This document shows positions 1 through 32,887 of a stretch of 64,000 nucleotides of DNA, one piece after another. The notes beneath the pieces are model-generated. The model was not told the origin of the DNA. It did no database searches and worked only from the letters and a program-made list of their open reading frames with translations. Location of the stretch: the NCBI GenBank assembly GCA_002269645.1, contig NIVC01000001.1, forward strand, positions 744,001 to 808,000. The letters run 5' to 3'. This DNA comes from Macrostomum lignano. Its lineage: Eukaryota. Position 1 is the first letter of the stretch, and each line of letters starts with the position of its first letter. The position numbers were made by a program, and so were the translations under genes.

Positions 1-3000
1 CAAACACTGTGAGAGTGGAGAGGCAGATTCTCAAACACTGTGAGAGTGGAGAGGCAGATTCTCAAACACTGTGAGAGTGGAGAGGCAGATTCTCAAACAT
101 TGTGAGAGTGGAGAGGCAGATTCTCAAACACTGAGAGCGGAGAGGCAGATTCTCAAACACTGTGAGAGTGGAGAGGCAGATTCTCAAACACTGTGAGAGT
201 GGAGAGGCAGATTCTCAAACATTGTGAGAGTGAAGAGGCAGATTCTCAAACACTGTGAGAGTGGAGAGGCAGATTCTCAAACATTGTGAGAGTGGAGAGG
301 CAGATTCTCAAACACTGAGAGCGGAGAGGCAGATTCTCAAACACTGTGAGAGTGGAGAGGCAGATTCTCAAGCCCTGAGTGAGCGGAGAGGCAGATTCTC
401 AAACACTGTGAGAGGAGAGGCAGATTCTCAAACACTGAGAGTGGAGAGGCAGATTCTCAAACACTGAGAGTGGAGAGGCAGATTCTCAAACACTGTGAGA
501 GTGGAGAGGCAGATTCTCAAACACTGTGAGAGTGGAGAGGCAGATTCTCAAACACTGAGAGTGGAGAGGCAGATTCTCAAACACTGTGAGAGTGGAGAGG
601 CAGATTCTCAAACACTGTGAGAGTGGAGAGGCAGATTCTCAAACACTGAGAGTGGAGAGGCAGATTCTCAAACACTGTGAGAGTGGAGAGGCAGATTCTC
701 AAACACTGTGAGAGTGGAGAGGCAGATTCTCAAACACTGTGAGAGTGGAGAGGCAGATTCTCAAACATTGTGAGAGTGAAGAGGCAGATTCTCAAACACT
801 GAGAGTGGAGAGGCAGATTCTCAAACATTGTGAGAGTGGAGAGACAGATTCTCAAGCACTGTGAGAGTGGAGAGGCAGATTCTCAAGCCCTGAGTGAGCG
901 GAGAGGCAGATTCTCAAACACTGTGAGAGGAGAGGCAGATTCTCAAACACTGAGAGTGGAGAGGCAGATTCTCAAACACTGAGAGTGGAGAGGCAGATTC
1001 TCAAACACTGTGAGAGTGGAGAGGCAGATTCTCAAACACTGTGAGAGTGGAGAGGCAGATTCTCAAACACTGTGAGAGTGGAGAGGCAGATTCTTAAACA
1101 TTGTGAGAGTGGAGAGGCAGATTCTCAAACACTGTGAGAGTGGAGAGGCAGATTCTCAAACATTGTGAGAGTGGAGAGACAGATTCTCAAGCACTGTGAG
1201 AGTGGAGAGGCAGATTCTCAAGCCCTGAGTGAGCGGAGAGGCAGATTCTCAAACACTGTGAGAGGAGAGGCAGATTATCAAACACTGAGAGTGGAGAGGC
1301 AGATTCTCAAACACTGAGAGTGGAGAGGCAGATTCTCAAACACTGTGAGAGTGGAGAGGCAGATTCTCAAACACTGTGAGAGTGGAGAGGCAGATTCTCA
1401 AACACTGAGAGTGGAGAGGCAGATTCTCAAACACTGTGAGAGTGGAGAGGCAGATTCTCAAACACTGTGAGAGTGGAGAGGCAGATTCTCAAACACTGTG
1501 AGAGTGGAGAGGCAGATTCTCAAACATTGTGAGAGTGAAGAGGCAGATTCTCAAACACTGAGAGTGGAGAGGCAGATTCTCAAACATTGTGAGAGTGGAG
1601 AGACAGATTCTCAAGCACTGTGAGAGTGGAGAGGCAGATTCTCAAGCCCTGAGTGAGCGGAGAGGCAGATTCTCAAACACTGTGAGAGGAGAGGCAGATT
1701 CTCAAACACTGAGAGTGGAGAGGCAGATTCTCAAACACTGAGAGTGGAGAGGCAGATTCTCAAACACTGTGAGAGTGGAGAGGCAGATTCTCAAACACTG
1801 TGAATGTGGAGAGGCAGATTCTCAAACACTGTGAGAGTGGAGAGGCAGATTCTTAAACATTGTGAGAGTGGAGAGGCAGATTCTCAAACACTGTGAGAGT
1901 GGAGAGGCAGATTCTCAAACATTGTGAGAGTGGAGAGACAGATTCTCAAGCACTGTGAGAGTGGAGAGGCAGATTCTCAAGCCCTGAGTGAGCGGAGAGG
2001 CAGATTCTCAAACACTGTGAGAGGAGAGGCAGATTCTCAAACACTGAGAGTGGAGAGGCAGATTCTCAAACACTGAGAGTGGAGAGGCAGATTCTCAAAC
2101 ACTGTGAGAGTGGAGAGGCAGATTCTCAAACACTGTGAGAGTGGAGAGGCAGATTCTCAAACACTGAGAGTGGAGAGGCAGATTCTCAAACACTGAGAGT
2201 GGAGAGGCAGATTCTCAAACACTGTGAGAGTGGAGAGGCAGATTCTCAAACACTGTGAGAGTGGAGAGGCAGATTCTCAAACATTGTGAGAGTGGAGAGG
2301 CAGATTCTCAAACACTGAGAGCGGAGAGGCAGATTCTCAAACACTGTGAGAGTGGAGAGGCAGATTCTCAAACACTGTGAGAGTGGAGAGGCAGATTCTC
2401 AAACATTGTGAGAGTGAAGAGGCAGATTCTCAAACACTGTGAGAGTGGAGAGGCAGATTCTCAAGCCCTGAGTGAGCGGAGAGGCAGATTCTCAAACACT
2501 GTGAGAGGAGAGGCAGATTCTCAAACACTGAGAGTGGAGAGGCAGATTCTCAAACACTGAGAGTGGAGAGGCAGATTCTCAAACACTGTGAGAGTGGAGA
2601 GGCAGATTCTCAAACATTGTGAGAGTGGAGAGGCAGATTCTCAAACACTGAGAGCGGAGAGGCAGATTCTCAAACACTGTGAGAGTGGAGAGGCAGATTC
2701 TCAAACACTGTGAGAGTGGAGAGGCAGATTCTCAAACATTGTGAGAGTGAAGAGGCAGATTCTCAAACACTGTGAGAGTGGAGAGGCAGATTCTCAAGCC
2801 CTGAGTGAGCGGAGAGGCAGATTCTCAAACACTGTGAGAGGAGAGGCAGATTCTCAAACACTGAGAGTGGAGAGGCAGATTCTCAAACACTGAGAGTGGA
2901 GAGGCAGATTCTCAAACACTGTGAGAGTGGAGAGGCAGATTCTCAAACACTGTGAGAGTGGAGAGGCAGATTCTCAAACATTGTGAGAGTGGAGAGGCAG

Positions 3001-3345
3001 ATTCTCAAACACTGAGAGTGGAGAGGCAGATTCTCAAACACTGAGAGTGGAGAGGCAGATTCTCAAACACTGTGAGAGTGGAGAGGCAGATTCTCAAACA
3101 TTGTGAGAGTGAAGAGGCAGATTCTCAAACACTGTGAGAGTGGAGAGGCAGATTCTCAAACATTGTGAGAGTGGAGAGACAGATTCTCAAGCACTGTGAG
3201 AGTGAAGAGGCAGATTCTCAAACACTGTGAGAGTGGAGAGGCAGATTCTCAAGCCCTGAGTGAGCGGAGAGGCAGATTCTCAAACACTGTGAGAGGAGAG
3301 GCAGATTCTCAAACACTGAGAGTGGAGAGGCAGATTCTCAAGCCT
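1..3345. repeat. Minisatellite array, ~31-bp unit (caaacactgtgagagtggagaggcagattct) with recurring variant units
   Basis: Directly visible tandem repetition from the window start to ~3345; the 255..467 ORF is a translation of it. Confidence 0.97.
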
Positions 3346-3737
3346 GAGTGAGCAGAGAGTGAGCAGAGAAAGATTATCACACTGAGGAGCGTAGCGGCTG
3401 ATTTAGCTGTTTAGCAGCAGATTCGGTAAATTTTGTCAAAGGTGATCATAATTCTACATGTAGGACTCGCAGTCTTTTTCACCACTTAAGGCCGCCATTG
3501 GGCAAGTATCGTGACTATGAACTTTTTCTGGTGCAAAGAGAAAGTGACTGCATTCACAAGAATGTTAGAAAATGGCTTGATTTATTAGTTTCTGCACTGC
3601 TAGTGCTTCTTGCAGCTCTGCAGGTCTTCGGAATGAATGAAAGCAAAGCTTTTAACACAGCATTCGTAGCTTATACCATCATATCGCTACTGTTAGTAGA
3701 AAGTTAATTAGTAAGTCTTTTCTTTAACTATTTTTTG

Positions 3738-4818
3738 TTAAAACCTCATCTTGCAAATCCTGTTGATCAGCTTGTTGAACTCTGCCTGCTGCTTGAACTC
3801 GCCGGTCCTTCGCATCTTCAGCAGGATGTGCAGCACGCAGGTCAGGCAGCCATCCTGACCCGGCATTTGAGTGCCGCACTGCAGCTCCAGCGTCTTGGCC
3901 AGGTCGGCGCTATTCTTTGAGTCAGGTGATTTGCCCGTGTTGGCCGACTCAATCAGCTGCGGCGCCGAGTTCAACGTGAGCAGCAGGGCGATGAGCAATG
4001 TGGCGGTGCGAGGTGCCTGCAGATGGTTAATCAGTTTGGTGCAGAAGCTTTACGAACCATCTGTAATCTTATCATCTTTTAAAAGTCGCCCAAAAACTGT
4101 GCCCAAGAACTGCATGTACATTAAAAATGGGCTCAGAATTTAAATTTTCCGCGAACTGGCTCAAAGAAAATACCACCTAAAGAGAGTCGACCCTAAAAAA
4201 TCCCGAAAAATCACCGCTGAGTCATCCCGAATGATCACCCCTGAACCATCCCGAAGGATCACCGCTGAACCATCCCGAATGATCACCCCTGAACCATCCC
4301 GAAGGATCACCGCTGAACCATCCCGAAGGATCACCGCTGAACCAACCCGAAGGATCACCGCTGAACCATCCCGAAGAATCACCGCTGAACCAACCCGAAG
4401 GATCACCGCTGAACCATCCCGAAGAATCACCCCCAAACCATTCTAAAGGATCACCGCTGAACCATCCCGAAGGATCACCGCTGAACCATCCCGAAGAATC
4501 ACCCCCAAACCATTCTAAAGGATCACCGCTGAACCATCCCGAAGGATCACCGCTGAACCATCCCGAAGGATCACCGCTGAACCATCCCGAAGGATCACCG
4601 CTGAACCATCCCGAAGAACCACCCCCAAACCATTCTAAAGGATCACCGCTGAACCATCCCGAAGGATCACCGCTGAACCATCCCGAAGGATCACCGCTGA
4701 ACCATCCCGAAGGATCACCGCTGAACCATCCTGAAAAATCGTCCCTAAACTATCTCGAAGAGAGTTGTTTCCCAAACTATCGTCAGGATAAATTTCAGCA
4801 ACAAACATTTACCTTCAT
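3738..4818 (-). CDS. Small secreted 4-Cys peptide precursor, 94 aa (MKAPRTATLLIALLLTLNSAPQLIESANTG...CGTQMPGQDGCLTCVLHILLKMRRTGEFKQQAEFNKLINRICKMRF)
   Basis: Exon 1 ATG AAG (4818-4813) followed by a GTAAAT donor; acceptor CAG at 4019-4017; exon 2 4016-3738 in phase 0 to TAA. Hydrophobic signal-like N-terminus, upstream TATAAAT (4939-4933), downstream AATAAA (3586-3581). The intron holds a 24-bp satellite, like the other genes here. Confidence 0.75.
4205..4735. repeat. 24-bp minisatellite (gaaccatcccgaaggatcaccgct) in the intron of the peptide gene
   Basis: Direct tandem repetition; the ITAEPSRR periodicity in the ORF track equals 24 bp. Confidence 0.95.
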
Positions 4819-4932
4819 ACTTGATGATTTAAGAAATCGAATTTCGGAATTTCCGGAAGTCAAAATTGTTGATAGCACAGTGCGAGCCGGTCTTAACCTG
4901 GGGCGTTTCTACCTGCACGGGCGGGGTCGTGT

Positions 4933-4939
4933 ATTTATA
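4933..4939 (-). promoter_or_regulatory. Putative TATA box (TATAAAT) of the secreted peptide gene
   Basis: GCCGCTATAAATACACG on the - strand, ~115 nt upstream of the ATG at 4818. Confidence 0.5.
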
Positions 4940-6793
4940 GCGGCTACGCCTATCCATTTTTCCTTTCCGGGTGAATAAGCATTCAACAAAGGCCATCAAA
5001 CGGCTTCTTGGCTTTATGCGATCTTGTATGATATAGATTAGCACATGGACTACCTCAAAGATTCTTAAATCGATTTGCCATCTGTGGATAGCAAGAACAC
5101 TAAGTGATGATGGGGAGCTCCGGGTGAAACTGATCAGGAATTCTAGCTGTTTTGATTGATTGATTGGTTCGGCTCTGGTGATATTTGCTAATATATCGAA
5201 ATTTTCCCTCTGTTCGATCCGCTTGAGAAGGCTGTACAATTTAGTCTGAATAAAATAATGCTTTGACGTTGATCTTTTATTGTAGCTCGTATTGACGTAC
5301 AATAAAAACTACGACATTGGTCTGCTCAAATAGCCTCGATTGCATAGCTCGTAGCATTACATGTTGTATTGAAAAATTGTTGTGGCCTTATTTGATGGCG
5401 ATGTAAACGAGCCTTAAATTAGGGGTGGGGGGGGGTTAAGTGCAGATAAGAAAAGGAGGGGTGGAGTGCGCGACTGAGGAGAGCCAATCAGAAGGCAGCG
5501 AAAGAGAGAGATAAGAAAAGGAGGGGTGGAGTGCGCGACTGAGGAGAGCCAATCAGAAGGCAGGAAGGGAGAGATATAGAAGAGTGGTGATAAGTCACTA
5601 AAAAACTCCCACTTCTAGACACTGGGGAATAAGGGCCTAGGTATATGCAAAATCAACTTGTTGAGTTGTTAAGTTGTCCTTGTGCTAAACTTGTCGACAT
5701 GAGCTTTGAAGCTGCATCGAGAGGAAATCTCGCCGATCACAGTACGAGTTGACTGGTAGTTGTACTACCCCTCTTTTGCCCAGACTGGTACTGGCACTGG
5801 CACACTAAAGCGACCTCTCAGTGCTCCTTGGCTTAGTTTTTTCGGCCTCAAAATGCCGAAACTTCGAAGTAGTACGCTCGCATAGGCAAATTCTGTTGTC
5901 AGTTTTCAGAAAAAAAGCATTTTCAGTTATGTTCAAATCATGTCTTTAAGCACGGATTATGAGATAGGCCTTTATTACACGAACTATATACTTTTGTTTT
6001 TATAATCGTATTTTTGAGAATATTTTCGCGATTTATTTGTTGTTTTTATGGAGTCAAAAACTAGTTAAAATTGATTCAAATTTTCGGAGAGGAAACCAAC
6101 CTCGCCCACCGCGGTTCAAGCATTCAGAGAAATAGAATAAGCAAAAGCGAGTAATCAAGAAGAAAAGTGTTCTGATTAAAACCTTGAGACTTCAATTTGT
6201 CTTCAATTGTCTTCAATTTAAGTTTTCGATAGAGTGAAGTAGAAGAAAACGTATACCGTATATACTACTGAGAAATAGAACATTGGAAGGAAAGGGATAC
6301 GAAGTAGATCCCTAGAATGCCGAGGCTATGACCCTCTAATCTCGGGAACGCCCAGGACTAAAGAGATACTCGTACATGCAATACATATACCAGTAAAGTA
6401 CATAGCACTCAGGCCAGATCTATTAAGAACGCCATTAGTATAGAATAATAACGCTACCAGTAAGGAATAGGAAATACTCAGATATATATTCTTAGACAAA
6501 TACTTAGATTATACTCAGAACTGTACTAAGACTAATACTCAGAATATTACTCAGATTAATGCTATGTGCTCAGGGGTAAACTATAATCCATATTACTATA
6601 AAAACTTTGGTGGCAGCAGTTTAGCCCGAGCACAGTTACTTTACATTCAATACAGCTGCAGGCTAATTTTACAATACAATTGCAACCCCGATTTGCATAG
6701 TCAAAGGCTATGAATTCTGGCGCATAGTTTCAGAGGACCAAGGGTAGTCGCCAAGACAACGAACTGAGAGTTCTACTGGCTAAATTTGCTGAG

Positions 6794-7080
6794 CAGCAAT
6801 TTACGAAGTTGCAATTTGCTAGAGACAATTTTGCTTATGCAATTTCGCAAGAAACTTTGCAGGACTTATCGTGCAGGACAATTGAATTTGCGCTTTTCAT
6901 TTTATGATTGCATTGTTGGGCACACTTATAATTTTATCCCTGAGTGCCTCTTCCTAAACACTTTAAAAAAGAAAATCGGTAATTATCTTGACCAAAGTAG
7001 CCGCATAAGTCCTGCAAAGTTTCTTGCGAAATTGGATAAGCAAAATTGTCTCTAGCAAATTGCAACTTCGTAAATTGCTG
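6794..7080. mobile_element. MITE-like element with ~76-bp near-perfect terminal inverted repeats
   Basis: 6794-6869 (cagcaatttacgaagttgc...gcaggacttat) is the reverse complement of 7005-7080 with about one mismatch; no clear TSD. Confidence 0.65.
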
Positions 7081-7099
7081 ATCGTCGGTTTTGTTTCGA

Positions 7100-7425
7100 G
7101 TTGCTAAGCAGATTTCGGCTAGCAAACTTGGGCTAGCAAACTTGGGCTAGCAAACTTGGGCTAGCAAACTTGGGCTAGCAAACTTGGGCTAGCAAACTTG
7201 GGCTATCAGATTTCGGCTAGCAAACTTCGGCTATCAGATTTCGGCTAGCAAACTTCGGCTATCAGATTTCGGCTAGCAAACTTCGGCTATCAGATTTCGG
7301 CTAGCAAACTTCGGCTATCAGATTTCGGCTAGCAAACTTCGGCTATCAGATTTCGGCTAGCAAACTTCGGCTATCAGATTTCGGCTAGCAAACTTCGGCT
7401 AGCAGATTTCGGCTAGCAAACTTCA
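7100..7425. repeat. 14-bp tandem repeat (agcaaacttcggct alternating with atcagatttcggct)
   Basis: Direct tandem repetition. Confidence 0.93.
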
Positions 7426-7930
7426 TAGACCCTTCATAACACTCAGAATTCTCAGAGAATTCCTACTGCATTCATTCAACTACAGCTGAAAAAAACTTTA
7501 AAGTTCATAGCACAGAATCTCTCCTCCATCAAATGTAGACGTTTTCTTTCCAGCTATACTCATAAACACAAATAACCCCTTGGACTAGCCCTGTACCCCA
7601 GGACGCCCCACCCAGTCCTTTCTCCGATTCTAATTGCGCGGCCTTGTGACCGAGGAGTACAGGACGGGGTGGGAGGGAAGAGTGATGAGGCGCTGCATGC
7701 TACGGCAGTACCGCTGGGCCTGTGGCTCAAGACGTGCCAGCTACCTAAGCTCTGAGCAATCTCTATGCTTTCTCTGTCCCTTGCCTCATCTCTAACTCAC
7801 CTGCCGCTCTCTCTATCTCTGTCCCAACACACCTTCATATATACTGAGGCTTGTCAGTTCCAGGCAGCCACAGCCCTGGCAGTCCCTACTCTGTCGCTAC
7901 TCCGTTTTGCACCTCTAACAGGCAGGCGAA

Positions 7931-21636
<13,706 letters not shown>

Positions 21637-21842
21637 GCACAGAGATTTACAACTTCAACTATATTTTCGAGGATAGTTCGATCACTTTGAGCACTTTCAG
21701 CAGTAAAAAGTTAACGCCAAGTTGCCCTCATTTGTATGCGTAATCTTTCCTCAAATTCACTATCGTACAGTTAGTTACCAAGACAAAAATTTTTCAATCG
21801 CTTGCCGCCCTCATCAAAAGTGTAGTTTAGAGCACAGATCTA

Positions 21843-22267
21843 AAATAACTAAATGGGCCACTCAGGCATTAGTAAAGCAGCTTTCTACTTTCAGTTCAGT
21901 TGCAAAAAGAATACATAAGCTATTTTATAAAAATCAGGCAGCTGAAATGACTTTTGATAATTTTAGAAGCCCAAGCTTGCTGGCGTAAACAGCTTGCTAA
22001 TTGCCTAATTGGTTCAGCAGTGTACATTGGCCAGTCCACTGAAATGTACATGGCAGATTTAGGCTGGAATTCGGAGAAAGTCAATAAAAATTGGGGCGGG
22101 CGGGGGGGGTAGTGTGGAAAGGCGCGGTTGGAGGGTTTAAGCTGGGTGGTAAAGAGCCAATAAAAGAGCCTGTTCTTTAAAAATCCATTAAAATGCTTCA
22201 GTTTAAATTACTACTGAACTGAAAGTAGCTTGCACGCAAATGTGCTGAGTGACCCATCTAGTTATTC
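21843..22267. mobile_element. ~430-bp MITE (copy 1) with TIR GAATAACTAGATGGGTCACTCAG-like and subterminal inverted ctactttcagttcag/ctgaactgaaagtag
   Basis: Inverted termini are visible; a homologous copy lies at 39573-40005. Confidence 0.8.
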
Positions 22268-22629
22268 TCGTATCTGTGGCTTAGAGAGACATTGATACTT
22301 GCTGCCTCCAAGTTTTATATTTATATTTGGCTATTAACTTTTCTATTGTATTATATTATTTATTCACTCAGTATCGGAAGAAGCGCCTAAATTGCCAGCC
22401 TATACTGAAGATTTTCTCTGCACCAATTCTACATATTTTTGTGTAATTGCTTTCGACATTTTTTCTAGCAGAAGTGAATTTCCAGTTGAAGAAAATGATG
22501 AATTAAATTATGCTCAATTGACATGACCGCTTTGCCCAGTCGCTTGTCAAATGCATGAAGGCATTTGTGATTGTTAGCTTTGTCATTTTTTTGTCTTGGT
22601 ACATCAACTTTCTTGCTTCGTTATTGCTT

Positions 22630-23390
22630 TCTAACCCTAACTCTCACCCTAACCCTAGCCCAAACCCATAACCCAACCCATAACCTAACCTAACCCAAAT
22701 CCCAAACACAACCCCCTAACCCAACCCCCTAACCCAACCCCCTAACCCAAACCCTAACCCAAACCCCTAACCCAAACCCTAACCCAAACCCCTAACCCAA
22801 ACCCTAACCCAAACCCCTAACCCAACCCCCTAACCCAAACCCCTAACCCAAACCCTAACCCAAACCCCTAACCCAAACCCCTAACCCAAACCCTAACCCA
22901 AACCCCTAAACCAAACCCTAACCCAAACCCTAACCCAACCCCCTAACCCAAACCCCTAACCCAAGATCTAACTCTAACCCCTAACCCAAGCCCCTAACCC
23001 AGACCCCTAACCCAAACCCTAACCCAAACCCCTAACCCAAACAGCTAAGCCAATCCCCTAACCCAAATCCCTAACCCAACCCCCTAACCCAACCCCCTAA
23101 CCCAAGATCTAACTCTAACCCCTAACCCAAGCCCCTAACCCAGACCCCTAACCCAAACCCTAACCCAAACCCCTAACCCAAACAACTAAGCCAATCCCCT
23201 AACCCAAACCCCTAACCCAAACCCCTAACCCAATCCCCTAACCCAAGCCCCTAACCCAGACCCCTAACCCAAACCCTAACCCAAACCCCTAACCCAAACA
23301 ACTAAGCCAATCCCCTAACCCAAACCCCTAACCCAAACCCCTAACCCAATCCCCTAACCCAAACCCCTAACCCAAAGTCTAACCCCAACC
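22630..23390. repeat. Telomere-like degenerate array (CCCTAACCCAAAC[C])n between the two ADAM genes
   Basis: 13-14 bp units built from CCCTAA + CCCAAA, i.e. a TTAGGG derivative on the - strand. Confidence 0.9.
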
Positions 23391-23913
23391 TACTAGACCC
23401 TTTACTGACGAAACGCTAGCTGATTAACGCACCAATTTAAGAGGCCAAACGGTAACCTATCTGACTCCGCTCGCGTTTGTGCTCGAAAATCGACCTGTCT
23501 ACTCAGCAGAAAATTTCTTGACTGAATCGATACTCAAAGAACTCAAAAAGGGGGGCAAGAAAAAAGAGAAACAAAAAGCAAAAAATAAAAAAGCCTGCCT
23601 AAACCGCAACACTCCAGCAGTCAGTCCCTATTCACACGTGGCTCATTGGCTCAAATCACTTTCGCGCGAAGGTTCTATTGTGGTGAGGCTATAGTTAGGG
23701 CAGAATCGATAAGAAAGCGCAGTGTGCACCTTTTCTGGGAGCATGCAGCAGAGCCAATATTTGTTGTCGGGGGGGGGGTGCAGGGCCCGGCCAAACCCGC
23801 TTGAACCAGAGCTCATGTCAGCCTCAAGCCAGTTCTCGCTGACCGACTCAGACTCTAAAAATATCTCAGCGCAATAAATAAGCTGAGGTGACAGACAGCC
23901 TCAGAGCTTTAGA

Positions 23914-32461
<8,548 letters not shown>

Positions 32462-32887
32462 TGTCGGACAGCAGCCGCTGTGTCGGTTTAATGTCCTTCA
32501 TATGTCCTTCATACGTCACTCTTTCAAACTGGGCTCTGCTAATAAATTCACAGGTTGAGCGTCTTAATAATACACGCATCATCTCAAATTATTACCAAAA
32601 TAAGCACAGCAAAGGACTACTCAAAAAGCTCTATTGATATTCATACGAGCTTTTTGTTAATAAAATTATAAATCTATGGTAATTTTACTTAATTCTTCTG
32701 ATCCCTTTTGCTCTGCAGAGACTGCCGAAATTCTTCTGCATGTAGCCGCATACAGTGAACCTGTATTGTTCCATGCTCCATTGAGCAGTCGGTTTTCTGT
32801 TTTTTAACCAACTACAATGCATATTCGCTATAGTAATCAGCTTGAATTATTTTATAAAACATTTTTTGTTTTAACTTTTAGTTAGAA

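Noticed and set aside
1-3345. CRISPR-like regular ~31-bp repeats (also considered for the other arrays)
   Set aside because: No unique spacers, no cas genes, and eukaryotic context.
3738-3760. RFamide neuropeptide (C-terminal MRF)
   Set aside because: No following Gly for amidation and no repeated peptide copies.
4829-5302. 157-aa ORF upstream of the peptide gene
   Set aside because: TTG start, no recognisable motif, and it overlaps the TATA box and 5' region of the peptide gene.
22630-23390. True chromosome end or telomere fusion
   Set aside because: Units are variant 13-14-mers in a single orientation, flanked by genes on both sides, with no head-to-head inversion.
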